64,000 bases of DNA, taken from positions 162,564,001-162,628,000 of the forward strand of contig OX597816.1 of assembly GCA_951406725.2 (NCBI GenBank), read 5' to 3'. The DNA is from Octopus vulgaris (lineage: Eukaryota). Below are positions 37,585 to 52,404 of the stretch, one piece after another. The first letter of the stretch is position 1; each line of letters starts with the position of its first letter. The notes under the pieces are model-generated. The model searched no databases. It worked only from the letters and a program-made list of their open reading frames with translations, and was not told the origin of the DNA. The position numbers were made by a program, and so were the translations under genes.

Positions 37585-37845
37585 CAAGATACACTTGGCC
37601 TGAAGAGTAGCTTGCGGTATGCACCACCTTGGATATTTACCGCTTCCAAATTTCTACTCTGTATGAAACATATATGTAGCTCGGATTTTATAGTCATTTG
37701 CTTTCCTGATTCCAAGAAAGCTTTTTTTATGGCTGCTACAAATGACAGCCATGCTGCCCTTTCCTTGTCATTAATCTTACCGACAAATTCTTGCTCACGT
37801 ACAAATGTACAAATCTGAGATCCGTCAAACACACCTGCTTTGATT
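37585..37845 (-). pseudogene. Chapaev3-like DNA transposase fragment
   Basis: AGVFDGSQIC...NDKERAAWLSFVAAIK/FLGIRKANDY resembles the GxFxGPQIR...EKAAWxSFxxVVxxFLGNxKxxNY pattern that I recall for Chapaev3 transposases. Confidence 0.6.
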
Positions 37846-37849
37846 AGGC

Positions 37850-38744
37850 ATCTAGCATCTGGAATATCGTCAGGTACTCACTCCAGTCGGACAATACAGT
37901 AACATTGTAAAGAAATTTGGTTAAGAACGATGATGTTATCGGGAAAACTCTTGGGGTCGACGAGGATAAACAAGCCGGTTTATTTCGGAGGACACTCGGG
38001 ACCGATAATACCATGGATAACCTCCAGAAATCCCTGGCCTGGCAATGCTGTCGACGAGCACTGCCAGTTCATGATAAACTCAACAGGATCGGAAGCGGTG
38101 TCAGGCTCAGAGCGACGAAACCGTTCTGCATGCAACCGTGAAGAGTGCCATTATTGCTGGCTTGTGGAGGTGTATCGAACAGCTGTTACCACGTGTGGGA
38201 CGAATCTAACAACCGACCAAATCCATCATGAGGATCGCCCCAACACCCGCCTTTAACAAGGCAGGCAGGCGTTGTTCCTCAATCTGGAGAAAGTTTGAGT
38301 GATTAATGAGGACGAAATGATTAAGGAAAGACACCTTCCCTATCGGTCAAACTCTCATCAACTTTATTACGTTCCACTTGGAAAGAGAAGTGAACGTAGA
38401 GAGGAAAGTGCTACTTCCAAGGGAATTTGTGAAAAGATGGGTGACTGGCAGTAATGGCTAACAAAAATAGCTCCTAAATCTATGTATGCACCCATAGATT
38501 GGAGAGTAGAAGATAAGGTTCAAGAGGAAGCTCTAGAGTAATCCTAGATCTGTGGAGTCCCTTGATTGACTCTAGTTAGGGTTTATCCTGAATCAGGAGT
38601 TTACCCTGCATCATTCATGTAACAACATATTTTGTATACAACGTATACTTTCATCGCATTTCACTGTCTTTTTCATATCATTCTATCCATGTATATCCCC
38701 ACACAAAATGTGTGTCGTTTATGTCCTTGTGGCTAATAAAAAAT

Positions 38745-38745
<1 letters not shown>
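37850..38745 (+). mobile_element. Tx1/L1-clade LINE, 3' fragment
   Basis: QKSLAWQCCRRALPVHDKL, DETVLHA....IAGLWRCIEQLL (decayed CCHC region) and EFVKRW. Ends in aataaa followed by (tac)n/(tat)n. Confidence 0.75.
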
Positions 38746-38827
<82 letters not shown>

Positions 38828-39142
38828 GCTTGTTAGTTATTGATTTGTGTTTGTAGTCGGTAATGTGAAGAGATTAAGGTTTTGATTGTGAGAGTGATGA
38901 ATGTAGTGATAAAAATGATGACGACGACGAGATTTAGGTGGCGGACACGGAAGGAGTGGACGCGGGAAGAGGAAAGAGAGGATATCAGTAGCGATGATGA
39001 TGGTTTTAGATAATTTAAATTTTGAATTGGCATGCACAGAGTAGTCTATAATTTCAATGACGATAATATACATACATAGACACAGACACGCACAAACACA
39101 CATACAAACAGGCACACACACACACTCACACAAACACACACA

Positions 39143-39191
<49 letters not shown>

Positions 39192-39381
39192 GTTTATATA
39201 TAGGCATGTATGTATGCATACGCATTAATAGACATACATATATAAGCATATATATATATATGCGTATATGTATATTTATGTGTGTGGCTGTATATATGCA
39301 AACATGCACACATACAAATATACATATATATTCATTCATAAAAGCATCCGTCCAACCACCATCCATCCATCCATCCATCCA

Positions 39382-39415
<34 letters not shown>

Positions 39416-39606
39416 GGTATGTACGTACACGTAATATTCCGTAAGGAAATTAATATAAAACAACAAATTGAAAAATTGAAAATGGTGTCCCGTGCAAGAA
39501 GCCTGACACATTAACATATGTATGCATGAAAGTGTATTCCAGGATGGCTATGTGGAAGCGGTGAAAACTGAGAGATAAATTGACAAAATTAATAATATAT
39601 AGATGC

Positions 39607-39730
<124 letters not shown>

Positions 39731-39766
39731 ATTTACCTACCTATCTCTCTTTCTATCTCTCCCTTT

Positions 39767-39815
<49 letters not shown>

Positions 39816-40061
39816 ATGCACATACATATACATACACACACATATCAATAACAGATTGATATAGATATCGATGTGTGTGAGTAAACATATTTATACAAAA
39901 ATATGCGTTGAATGTGTGTTTGTTTGTGTATGTGTGTGTGTGTGTGTGAGTGTGTATGTGTGTGTGTGTGTGTGTGTGTGCATGTGATGTAAGAAGATTG
40001 ACTGTATCTGAGGGAAAGATATATATATATAGTCTATATTAAATCTCTGAGCGACATTTGA

Positions 40062-40135
<74 letters not shown>

Positions 40136-40309
40136 ATGTATGTATGTATGTATGTATGTATGTGCGTGTGTTTGTGTGTGCATGTGTATATGTGTTGAAA
40201 TAGATAGATAGATGGATGGATATATCGATAGATAGACGGTTAGATAGATAAATAGACAGATAGATAAACATATAGATACACAGACATACATACATACCGG
40301 CAGACAGAC

Positions 40310-40394
<85 letters not shown>

Positions 40395-40852
40395 TAAGTC
40401 ATTTTCCGAACGAAAATTGCCACAAATCAACGATAGCAAAATATAAATATAATGAAATCGGGTTTTTAATGTTTCTCGTGAGAAAGTCTCATCTGGCAAT
40501 ATCATTGAAAATGGGCGGGAAAAAAATTAAGGAATCCTTTCATTTGAAGATCATACGGTAATTCCCTACAGCCATTTTGTGATTTTAATCAGAAATAGTT
40601 TCCACGTTCCCTTTGTTTTCTATAAAATATGTTTTAACTGAATGTTCTAAATTAGTATATTTTGAATGTATTTAGATACAAACATGGCGCATGATTGTAT
40701 GATGAATATATATATATATATCTTTCTGCGTTTCAAGATGCAGTATGTATGCGTGTCTCTACGTATGGTGTTTGCGATAGTGTGCATATATGTATTAAAA
40801 AATAAGTATATATTTGTATATGTGTATGCATGTGTGCGCGTGTGTATGTATG

Positions 40853-40895
<43 letters not shown>

Positions 40896-41061
40896 CATGT
40901 GTGTATGTATATAAATGCACATCTCCATATATTTGTGCCAATATGTGTGCATATATATACCTATATGTATATATATATGTGTGTGTGTGTGTAATGTGGT
41001 GCTCCAACATGGCCGTAGTCAATTGAGCGAAACAAAAGAAAATAAAAATATCGATATATAC

Positions 41062-41123
<62 letters not shown>

Positions 41124-41242
41124 ATCGTTAAATGGAAGAGTTACTGAATGCTTTTTTTGTTGTAAAGTACATATTAAATTTTAGATGGAAATGTTCAAAA
41201 ATGACTTAAATTTCGTATATACATATATACATATATATAAAT

Positions 41243-41295
<53 letters not shown>

Positions 41296-41499
41296 CATAG
41301 TAGTAGTATTAATAATAATAATCATAATGCAAAAAGCGCAGCTTGGGGGTGGGGAAGAAGTCGATTACATCAGTCCCAATGCATAACTGGTACTTATTTA
41401 ATCGACCTCGGCGGAATTTGAACTCAGAACGTAGTGGCAGACGAAATAACGTTAAACATTTCGCCCGGCGCGCTATCGATCCTGCCAGCTTATCAGCTT

Positions 41500-41503
41500 A
41501 ATA

Positions 41504-41565
<62 letters not shown>

Positions 41566-41622
41566 CATAATAATATTAATAATAATAATAATAATAATGA
41601 TGATGATAATAATAATGATAAT

Positions 41623-41691
<69 letters not shown>

Positions 41692-41722
41692 AATAATGAT
41701 GATAATAATAATAATAATGATG

Positions 41723-41774
<52 letters not shown>

Positions 41775-42132
41775 CTGTTGTCATAGGTGCCCTGGGAATG
41801 ATAACAAAAGGGGCTGATAGCTACCTAACTCAGATACCAGGAAACCCCAAAATGGCAGAAGTTCAAAAGATAGTGCTCATGGGAACTGCTCATATCCTAC
41901 GCAAAATACTCTCCATGTAATCTCAAGGTTTAAAACAAACATAATTTTCGGTTTAAAAAAAAAAAAAAAAACCCTTTTTTTTTAGACATTCATTAGTACA
42001 ACATCCCCACCCCACAAATATATGGCACACTAGGCATAACAACAACATGAACTTCCAACCCTGTTGTCTCTTGAGGTCTCTGGGTGAGACTTGGGGCCAA
42101 CTTGTACAAATATAAAGCAAAAGTCAAACATA

Positions 42133-42163
<31 letters not shown>

Positions 42164-42187
42164 CATAATAATAATAATAATAAAAAT

Positions 42188-42267
<80 letters not shown>

Positions 42268-42269
42268 GA

Positions 42270-42366
<97 letters not shown>

Positions 42367-42377
42367 TAATAATAATA
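41500..42377. repeat. (AAT)n microsatellite interrupted by a retroelement
   Basis: (AAT)n at 41500-41772 and 42134-42377. Confidence 0.95.
41771..42133 (+). mobile_element. R4/Dong-like non-LTR element, 5'-truncated, inside (AAT)n
   Basis: IPVVIGALGMITKG...VQKIVLMGTAHILRKILSM* followed by a 3' UTR; flanked on both sides by (AAT)n. Confidence 0.85.
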
Positions 42378-42654
42378 CCTGGATGAAGTTTATAAATATT
42401 TTAATGCACCTGAAGAAATGAACGCGTAAATATGATTCACGTCATATCCACGGACTACTACACGCCGTACTGTAATCATACCAGGAATGTAGACTATAAT
42501 CGTAAGAAATATGATTTGTGGAAACGCGCGTAAATTCCACTACTACTACTACTACTACTACTACTGCACACTTCTGTACGTCCCCAAAATATTGCTATTG
42601 TTACATGGTATCATTAGGTTGCAGCTGGCATAATAAAATAGGAGCTTTTATATA

Positions 42655-42812
42655 TAGGTGTGGCTAAGTGGTAAGTGGCTTACTTGCTAACCACATGGTC
42701 CTGCGTTAAGTCCCACTGCTTGGAACCTTGGGCAAGTGTCCTCTACAATAGCCTCGAGCCGACCAAAGCCTTGCGAGTAGAGTTGGTAGACAGAAACTGA
42801 AAGAAGCCCGTC
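42655..42812 (+). mobile_element. SINE family A, 5' half (tail remnant at about 43256-43312)
   Basis: Family A head and body, followed by a TA tract and a Helitron. Confidence 0.8.
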
Positions 42813-42825
42813 CAATATATATATA

Positions 42826-43213
42826 CTAGCAGTATCGCCCGGCGTTGCTCGGGTTTGTAAGGGAAATAACTATATAAGCATTTTTAGAGAGTTATAGCCA
42901 AAAAATAGCAAAAGAAATGCATTAAAAATGGGAAAAAATGATGGTAAATGTTTTTTAAAATCGTTGACTCATCGTAGATATTTTTAGAGAGTTACTTCCC
43001 TCAGCGAAAAAAATGCATTAAAATGGAAAAAATGATGGTAAATTATTTAAAAAATCGTAGACTCATCGTAGACGCGCGCTAATACCCAGAAGGGCTCGAT
43101 ATGAATCACGACTATAAGGTACCCGCTTTTGGTTACACTGCACCGCAAAATGTGGGAGTAGTTAGGAATCTAAATAGTAGGAGACAGACACACAACGTCT
43201 CTTTTATATATAA

Positions 43214-43216
<3 letters not shown>
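42826..43216 (-). mobile_element. Non-autonomous Helitron, same family as 29527
   Basis: Reverse complement of 29527-29918, including the TC start and hairpin-CTAG end. Confidence 0.87.
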
Positions 43217-43254
<38 letters not shown>

Positions 43255-43309
43255 TGGCGGTGTCTCAGCATGGCCGCAGACTGTAGGCTGAAACATATAA
43301 AAGAGTAAA

Positions 43310-43370
<61 letters not shown>

Positions 43371-43488
43371 TATATATATGTATATATATACATTTTTACA
43401 TATCTATAGAAAGATACCAGAAACCAATGACGCGGTGGTGCAAATGTCAAAAAAATCTGTCCATATATGTATACGTATGTGTATGTAA

Positions 43489-43540
<52 letters not shown>

Positions 43541-43971
43541 GCTTGTATGTATATATAAATTCATATATATACATATATCATTTGACATAAAAATCGATAA
43601 CTTTTATTTATATAGTACATATCTATTATCTTCACTCACACACACAGACACACACATACACACATACACACACACAAACACGCATACAACAGACGCACAC
43701 ACTCACACACGCGCGCGCGTTGCCATAACGCACCCTTAACTTTTCTGGAGGTTTCATGACCCACTGAAAAAATATCTTTCAACTTTAGTGTAAATCTTTC
43801 AACTTTATTCTAAATTTAGAGTTTTACATACAATTAATGTTAGAAATATTTCAATAACTAATTTCTCTTCTCTATGAATGACTACTTTCCCGCTCTCAAG
43901 TTTTGTTTTCCATTTTTTTTTTTTCATATCTGTGTGCTTATGTGCTTGTATGAATGCGTCATATTTTATTT

Positions 43972-45094
<1,123 letters not shown>

Positions 45095-46087
45095 TATATA
45101 TGTACACATATATATGTACATAAATATATGTATATATATATTGTATACATCTATATAATATATTTGTAATATACATTGTTACATATTATGTTATCAGTAT
45201 ATGTGGATATGTTATGTGTGTGTTGTCGTTGTTGTGTGTGTCTATGTATATATGTATATATGTTTGAATATAAATGTATATATGTATGAATATGTGTATA
45301 TACATACATATATATATAAACACACTAATATGTGTTTATACATATATAAACGTATTGGCTTAAATATTTCGTTATATATGTGTGAATGCGAGAGTATTTA
45401 TGATTGTCTTTGCGTGTACGTTTATGCATATATGTGTGTGTGAGTGTGTTTTTGAATGTGTTTGTGTGTGCATGTATTCTATATCAGTTTGCAAACGAAA
45501 ATAAATTATGCCTCATTTGGTGTAAGACGACAGAAATGAGAAGGAGGGGAGAGGAGGAATGAGGTAGGGAGAGCTAGAAAGAGGAAGAAAAACAGAAAGA
45601 GAAAAGTGAAAGAGAAAGAGAGGGAGAAGAGGAAAAAGTGAGAAGGGAGAGAAAGAGAGGACAAAGGAACTCTATCACCTTTAACATTTCTTCACATCCA
45701 ATTTATGGTGTATTTTTGTTTTATATTTGTCTCAGCTATCACCGCCATCGTCATCTTTTCCGTATTTGTAATAACTCCACCACAATCAACACCTCACTAA
45801 CACAACCACCAGCGCCACCACAAGAACAAATCCAACAACAACAGCAACAGCAACAATGCCATCTCTGCCTCCACCGTATCACCAGTAACACCACCGATAC
45901 CAACAACAACGACATAATTCTAGTCACTATGATGACTACAAGCAGCTGAAGAGACACCTCCGTCATTGCATCATCATCATCATCATCATCGTCATCGTCG
46001 TCGGCGTCGTCAACATCAATATCGTCATCGTTATCATCATTGCTGTCGTCGTCATTATAATCACAGTCAACATTTTCACCTTCATCC

Positions 46088-46120
<33 letters not shown>

Positions 46121-46256
46121 CCTTCGTCGTCATCACCGTCGGCGTCGCCGTCATCGTCCGCATGAGAAGGGCATCGTTTCCCCTCTCTATTGTCATATTC
46201 GTCATCGTAATATCAATAGAACTCCTATGTAATGGGGGCGGGAGTGTATAGAGTTC

Positions 46257-46292
<36 letters not shown>

Positions 46293-46368
46293 GATAAAAC
46301 AAAATAACTTCATAGAGATAGATTAGAAGAGTGATGAGTAAATCGACAGACGTGAAGACATTATGTAA

Positions 46369-46414
<46 letters not shown>

Positions 46415-46944
46415 CAACGATCATTGGTAGTTCTTATTTATCTATGAGAAGGTGCTTTCGTCCCCGAGGGGCGGCATTACTCATTAGGTGGAAAATTTGA
46501 AGGATCCATGACTATCTCTTGAACATAAGTGATGTATGTTCCCAGGGTGAGCGACATCGGATGAAAATTATAGCTTTTAAGGGGGATCAAGGAAAAGGCT
46601 TGTATTCACACACACACACACACACATACACACACACACACATAAATACATACATACATCTTCCGTTTCATTATATATTTATATGTCTGTACGAAACGAT
46701 CGGCTGCAAGAATTAAACTTCTCATAAATTCGAACAACTTGTCTCCTCTATTTTTAACAAAATTGATGGAATTTATTGGACTTCATTCCATAAATTCAGC
46801 ATATATTATATATAAGTACTACTTTCATATCATCGCATATTTACGACTGTAAACTCCCAGCAAACTATGAAGAATCAACATTAGAAATTTTTTTTTTGGA
46901 AACCTCCAATTTAAAGGACGAATCCACATTCAACCTTTAAATAA

Positions 46945-47003
<59 letters not shown>

Positions 47004-47252
47004 TGTGCGCGCATATGGACGTGCGCATGAACACAAATGTTCTGTATGCGTTTGCTATATGTGTGAGAGCGAATGCGTATAAATGATCTTCGTCAGTAAT
47101 TGAGTTGATTTTTTACAGAAACGGAACTGGCTTAGATAATGTTAATGAAGTATTAGGTCCGTAACACAGCGCTTCGACAAATACAATGCCATACAATTTA
47201 TATAAGATTGCAACAATTCCAGGGGACGATCCATCCGACTCAATTGTTGACG

Positions 47253-47314
47253 GCGTGGCCTCAGCGTGGCCCCAGCGTGGCCCCAGCGTGGCCCCAGCGT
47301 GGCCCCAGCGTGGC
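47253..47314. repeat. 11-bp tandem repeat (gcgtggcccca), about 5.6 copies
   Basis: Direct inspection; lies within a decayed SINE A tail. Confidence 0.9.
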
Positions 47315-47445
47315 TGCACTCTATATACTTGAAATCATAAAAGAATATATGAATAGATACAAGTATTTAAGAATATTTACTCTCACTCACACAAATATGT
47401 GTGTGTGTGTAGATATGTACATATATACATACATGTATCTGCACA

Positions 47446-47487
<42 letters not shown>

Positions 47488-47531
47488 TATATATAAAAAT
47501 ATATATATATATATATATACATATATATATG

Positions 47532-47589
<58 letters not shown>

Positions 47590-47693
47590 CATATTTGTGT
47601 ATATATACACAAAAGATTAAGGTTTCTATTGTTATATATATATAGTTATTTATGTATTCATATATAGAGAGAGACAGAGATAGAGAGACAGAC

Positions 47694-47756
<63 letters not shown>

Positions 47757-48114
47757 GACAGGGCATCGGAGTTGAATCTTGAATGTAAATGGCAGAGAGA
47801 CTGAAAGAGACAGAGAGAATAAAAATAGAGAAGGAACAAGAGAGGGATAGAAGGAGTCAGTATGCGTGAGATAGAGAGAGGAGAAACATGTTGACAATCG
47901 AAGCATGACAGAAAGAGAAAGCCATGCAGAAATTGTAATTAGGCATGTATAATGCAAATAATCAGTGAAGCGTGAAACTATATTAAACTAAAGCATGACA
48001 TCACAAAATCGCGCAACAAGTCAAGCGTAGCAAGTAGAGAATTGGATAACTCGTGTGAAGGGAGAGTCTGTCTAGGGAGTTTGTCTAAAATTGGGATGTT
48101 TCTGAGCCTATATG

Positions 48115-48192
<78 letters not shown>

Positions 48193-48777
48193 TACACATA
48201 CATATATATGTGTATATCGTATATACATTTATGTATATAAATATATATATATTTGTATATATATGTGTGTGTGTGTCTGCATATATATATATATTCACTA
48301 GATCAAGGTGTTTATATATCTATCATCTATCTATCGTGTTTCGAAATGCATAAATAAATACAAATATATTTAATACATACATACATATATACATATACAT
48401 TTATATACACACATGCATATATGTATAAACATCATATGGAACTGATGCATATGCATATATATATATTTGTACATTAATATGTATGTATGTATGTATGTAT
48501 GTATGCATGTATGTATGTATGTATGTATGTATGTATGTATGTATGTATGTATGTATATGACTGAAAATCTACGAAAAATTTGTATATATTAGTAACATGA
48601 CTTGTATGCTACACACGAATTCATGTATTTTATATATTTCTGCATTTCTGCCTTTATAAACATTTTAGTGTGAATATGTGTACAAAAGTGCGTTTCTATA
48701 TTGTCTATCGAAATTCTAGTTGATTATATTTTTATTTCTGAGCATGCATGGATTTTGTGTGAATATATATTTATTCG

Positions 48778-49097
48778 TGGAGGCGCAATGGGCCAGTCGC
48801 TAGGGTAGCGGACTCGCGGTCGTAGGATCGCGGTTTCGATTCCCTGACCGGGCGTTGTATGTGTTTATTGAGCGAAAACACCTAAAAGCTCCACCAGGCT
48901 CCAGCAGGGGGTGGTGGCGACCCTTGTAGTACTCTTTCGCCTCAACTTTCTCTCACTCTCTCTCTTCCTGTTTCTTGAGTAACGCTGCGATGGACTGGCG
49001 TCCCGGCCATGTGGGGGGAACACTTACGCCACAGAAACCGAGAAACCGGGTCCATGAGCCTGGCTAGGCTTGAAAAGGGCGACGTTTATCGTTTATA
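48778..49097 (+). mobile_element. SINE family C (tRNA head, V-domain-like 3' part)
   Basis: gtggaggcgcaatgggccagtcgctagggtagcggac...ggtttcgattccc head; gctgcgatggactggcgtccc...acagaaaccg resembles the V-SINE domain. Head and body match 61825-62015. Confidence 0.8.
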
Positions 49098-49098
49098 T

Positions 49099-50467
49099 AT
49101 TGATTATTGATTGATTGTAGTTTCAGCTCATGAGCTGTGGCCATGCTGGGGCACCGCCATTTGGTGTTGCTACATGGTTTTACTTCACGAATGCTTTTTA
49201 GCAACTGCCATTTGGTGCATGAGAGAGTTCGATGCAGCTGCCCTCATCTGCACCTCCTGCTGTGAAGTTGGTTCATCTGGGATACCTGACAAGAAGAGAT
49301 CCAGTTTCATTTTAAAGACATCTGCATCCACCCCATGCAGGTCTCTTAGGTTCTTCGGGAGGATATTGAAGAGCTGTGGGCCTCGGAAGTCCAGGCTATC
49401 ACAGTATCTTGTCCTACATCTTGATGGCAAATTTGGAGTTCTAGGCACCACGCAGTGGCGCCCAGTTCTGGCATTTGTGTAACTCTCGATGCCAAAGTTT
49501 GAGACAAGTCCCTCCAGGATCTTCCAGATGTATATTATGGCACATCTTTCTCGCCTACGCTCCAAGGAATAGAGTTTTAATCTCTTGAGTCTTTCCCAGT
49601 AGCTTATATTCTGCATAGAGGCTATCTTCTTCGTGTAGCTACGTTGGATCGCCTCAAGTTCTGTGATCAACTTGACACTGGATGGGGACCATAGCTGAGA
49701 GCAATAGTCAAAGTGGCTTAGGACAAGTGTCCTCCAGAGGACCATCATGGTTTCTTGTTCTCTTGTTCTAAAGGTTCTGAGAATCCATCCGGCCAGTCGT
49801 CTACATTTCATTGCCAATTTAGCAACATGTACACGAAAGGTTGCGTCATCACTCATGTAAATACCCAGGTCACGCACTGATTGTGCCTCTGGGATTGCAA
49901 TTCCTCCGGGTCCAGTGTATTCATTGGGTATTGCATTTAGTTTTGCATGCTGATAGTATAAAGCTTGAAACTTTTCAGCATTGAACTGCATGCTATTCTT
50001 TTCAGCCCACTTGTATATTTTGTCCAGCTCACATTGCAGGCGTTTAGTGTCCTCAGGGTTCTGTATTGCCTGTGAAACTTTTGTATAATCTGCATAACTT
50101 GTGATCGTGCCTCTCTGCGTGGCTGAGGGCATGTCTGAGAGGGCCATTATGAACAGTAGTGGTCCCAAAACAGTGCCCTGCGGAACACCGCTCACTATTT
50201 GCGTGTTAATGGAAGTTCTCATGGCCCCATTGGCTACTACCACCTGACTTCTATCTTTCAGAAAGTCATGAAGCCATTCTCCCAGTTTTCCAACTATGCT
50301 AAGATCACGCAGTTTGTGACATATCATTCCATGATCGACTTTATCAAAGGCCTTTGCAAAGTCGAGATATATCACTTCCACATTTGAGTGGTTGAGCAGT
50401 CGTTTCAGCACCCAGTCATAGTGTTGTAGGAGCTGAGTTAAGCAGCTTCATCCTGGTCGGAAACCAT
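49099..50467 (-). mobile_element. CR1-clade LINE, 5'-truncated, with complete 3' end
   Basis: Begins at HGFRPG*SCLTQLL; RT ORF at 49185-50411; short 3' UTR with a stem-loop and (caat)n tail. Confidence 0.93.
49185..50411 (-). pseudogene. LINE ORF2 reverse transcriptase fragment (408-aa open frame, catalytic YADD changed to YADY)
   Basis: YLDFAKAFDKVDH, SGVPQGTVLGPLLF, SYADYTK, MQFNAEK, VRDLGI and DYCSQLWSP motifs. Confidence 0.93.
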
Positions 50468-51017
50468 GTATATATATATATATATTGTGTGTGTGCGTGT
50501 GAAAGAGAGTGAGAGCGAGAGAGAGAGAGAGAGAGAGATGGGGAGAAAGAGAGAGTCTGGGAGAGAGAGTGAGAGGCTTATTCTGTGTGTACGTATGAGT
50601 GCGTGCGCGTGTATACTGGTGTTGAGTTACGGGTGGGATAACAACTGTTTCTTAAATTGTAAGTATAGAAAATCTGTGCATCAGTACTTATGTGTGTGTG
50701 TGTGTGTGCATATAAATATGTGTGTGTGTGTTCGTATCTACATATGTATCTATATATGTATATTCATATGTGTCTATATATGTGTATGCATATTTATGTG
50801 CAGGAGCAACTGTTTTATCGAAAGAGTATATTGTTGTTAAATGCTCGAAATACGAGACTAGGGACCCGCCAACAGCTGGTGAAGAGTCGTTCTTTACGTT
50901 GTTCATTTTGTTTTCCATTTGTGTCTTTCGTTGCTCGAAAGAATAGTTCATGTTCTATGTACTAATGCTTCGTATTTTTTGTTGTACACGTTTCATGACG
51001 TCCGGTGCCCACGTATG

Positions 51018-51082
<65 letters not shown>

Positions 51083-51258
51083 GTATATAGGTATGCACAT
51101 ATACGTATGTATATATGCATATATATATATTACGTAGATGTACTTGCATTGCAAGTGACTTGATCTGAGATCGTATGCTGTTTAAATGTTGAAGTGAATC
51201 TAACGGTTTTGTGTGTTTCTTAAATGGCTTATAAACACCTTCCACGCTGCAATTGTTA

Positions 51259-51320
<62 letters not shown>

Positions 51321-51325
<5 letters not shown>

Positions 51326-51500
51326 TAAGAAATGGAGTTAAACGCAGCTTTTATTCAAATATTTATACTTCCTACATGTGTTTCGAAGAAACCTATGTCA
51401 TTGTATTCCCTCAGGAATAATAACAATGTTTTCTTCGAAACATATGTCGGAAGTATACAGATTTGAATAACAACTGCGTTTAACTCCATTTCTTAATTTA
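51321..51500. repeat. Imperfect palindrome of about 180 bp with hammerhead 3'-half motifs on both strands
   Basis: taaattaagaaatggagttaaacgcag...tttcgaagaaa / tttcttcgaaa...ctgcgtttaactccatttcttaattta, centred on tattccctcaggaata. Confidence 0.85.
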
Positions 51501-51661
51501 TCTATGTCAAATAAAAAAATTTCACTAAACTCTGAAACTTCTAACTTTATAAGTAGGCTGTAACATCCTTGGCACTTATGAGAACTTTTGCTACACTGGT
51601 AAATATTTTTTTTCTGTGTAATTTTTACACATTGAAAAAATACACATACGTTTATATATAT

Positions 51662-51699
<38 letters not shown>

Positions 51700-52404
51700 A
51701 ATTAATAAAAAGGTCACAGTGTACTTGTAGTGAGGTGTAGAAAAACCCAACGTTTAGGAGAGAGTTCATTTTCAGAGAAGCGTTGGAAAGAGAGAAATTA
51801 ACGAGTAGCAGCAAAGTTTTAAATGCTCTAAGTTTAAAAACCTGGCATTAATTTGCTGTCTATGTACATTTGATGTACAGACAATGTCGATAGCCCAGCT
51901 TGTTCAGTGTTTACCTCGAGGTAATATTGCTTTTTGGATCTGCTGTGTTAAAAACGCAATAAATATCAGAGAGACCGAAAAAATTCGTCCCACCAGCTGC
52001 TAGCAAGTACGTCAGATTCATCACGGTTCTTTTGGTTTTTTGGCGGCTTTTTCAGTGGCGCTTGGTCACAGACAGCCCCATTCTCGGACGAGGATTCGTC
52101 ATCCCCGATATAGGATAAAGTGAATAAAATATTTATTGATTTTGCGAATTGTTACCCAGCTGATTAAAAATCCGGTATGAGGAATTGATGCATCCTTAAA
52201 TTGAAATAGCCATCGTGTGTACCGTTGGCGATTTTTTCCCTCTGTCTTCCCTTCTCTGGATCTTTCCTTCTCCTATGGAAAATGTGAGACAATAGATGTC
52301 TTAGATGAAGGAGGCATGAAGTATGAGATGACTAGGTGAAAGGATAACTAGAAGAGACAGAGAGGAATAGAAACCGAATATGGAGCTGTTCGTAAAGGGT
52401 CCCA

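Noticed and set aside
46443-46490. Minus-strand CTAATGA-gt...ac-GAAA hammerhead-like motif
   Set aside because: G5 is substituted, and no convincing stem I, stem III or cleavage triplet follows.
47253-47314. Possible CRISPR-like array
   Set aside because: Head-to-tail 11-bp units with no spacers, in a eukaryotic context. No CRISPR array was seen in the window.
48778-48850. tRNA-like sequences at SINE 5' ends, also near 10205, 19305 and 63545
   Set aside because: They continue directly into SINE bodies and I could not fold a complete cloverleaf, so they are not called as tRNA genes.
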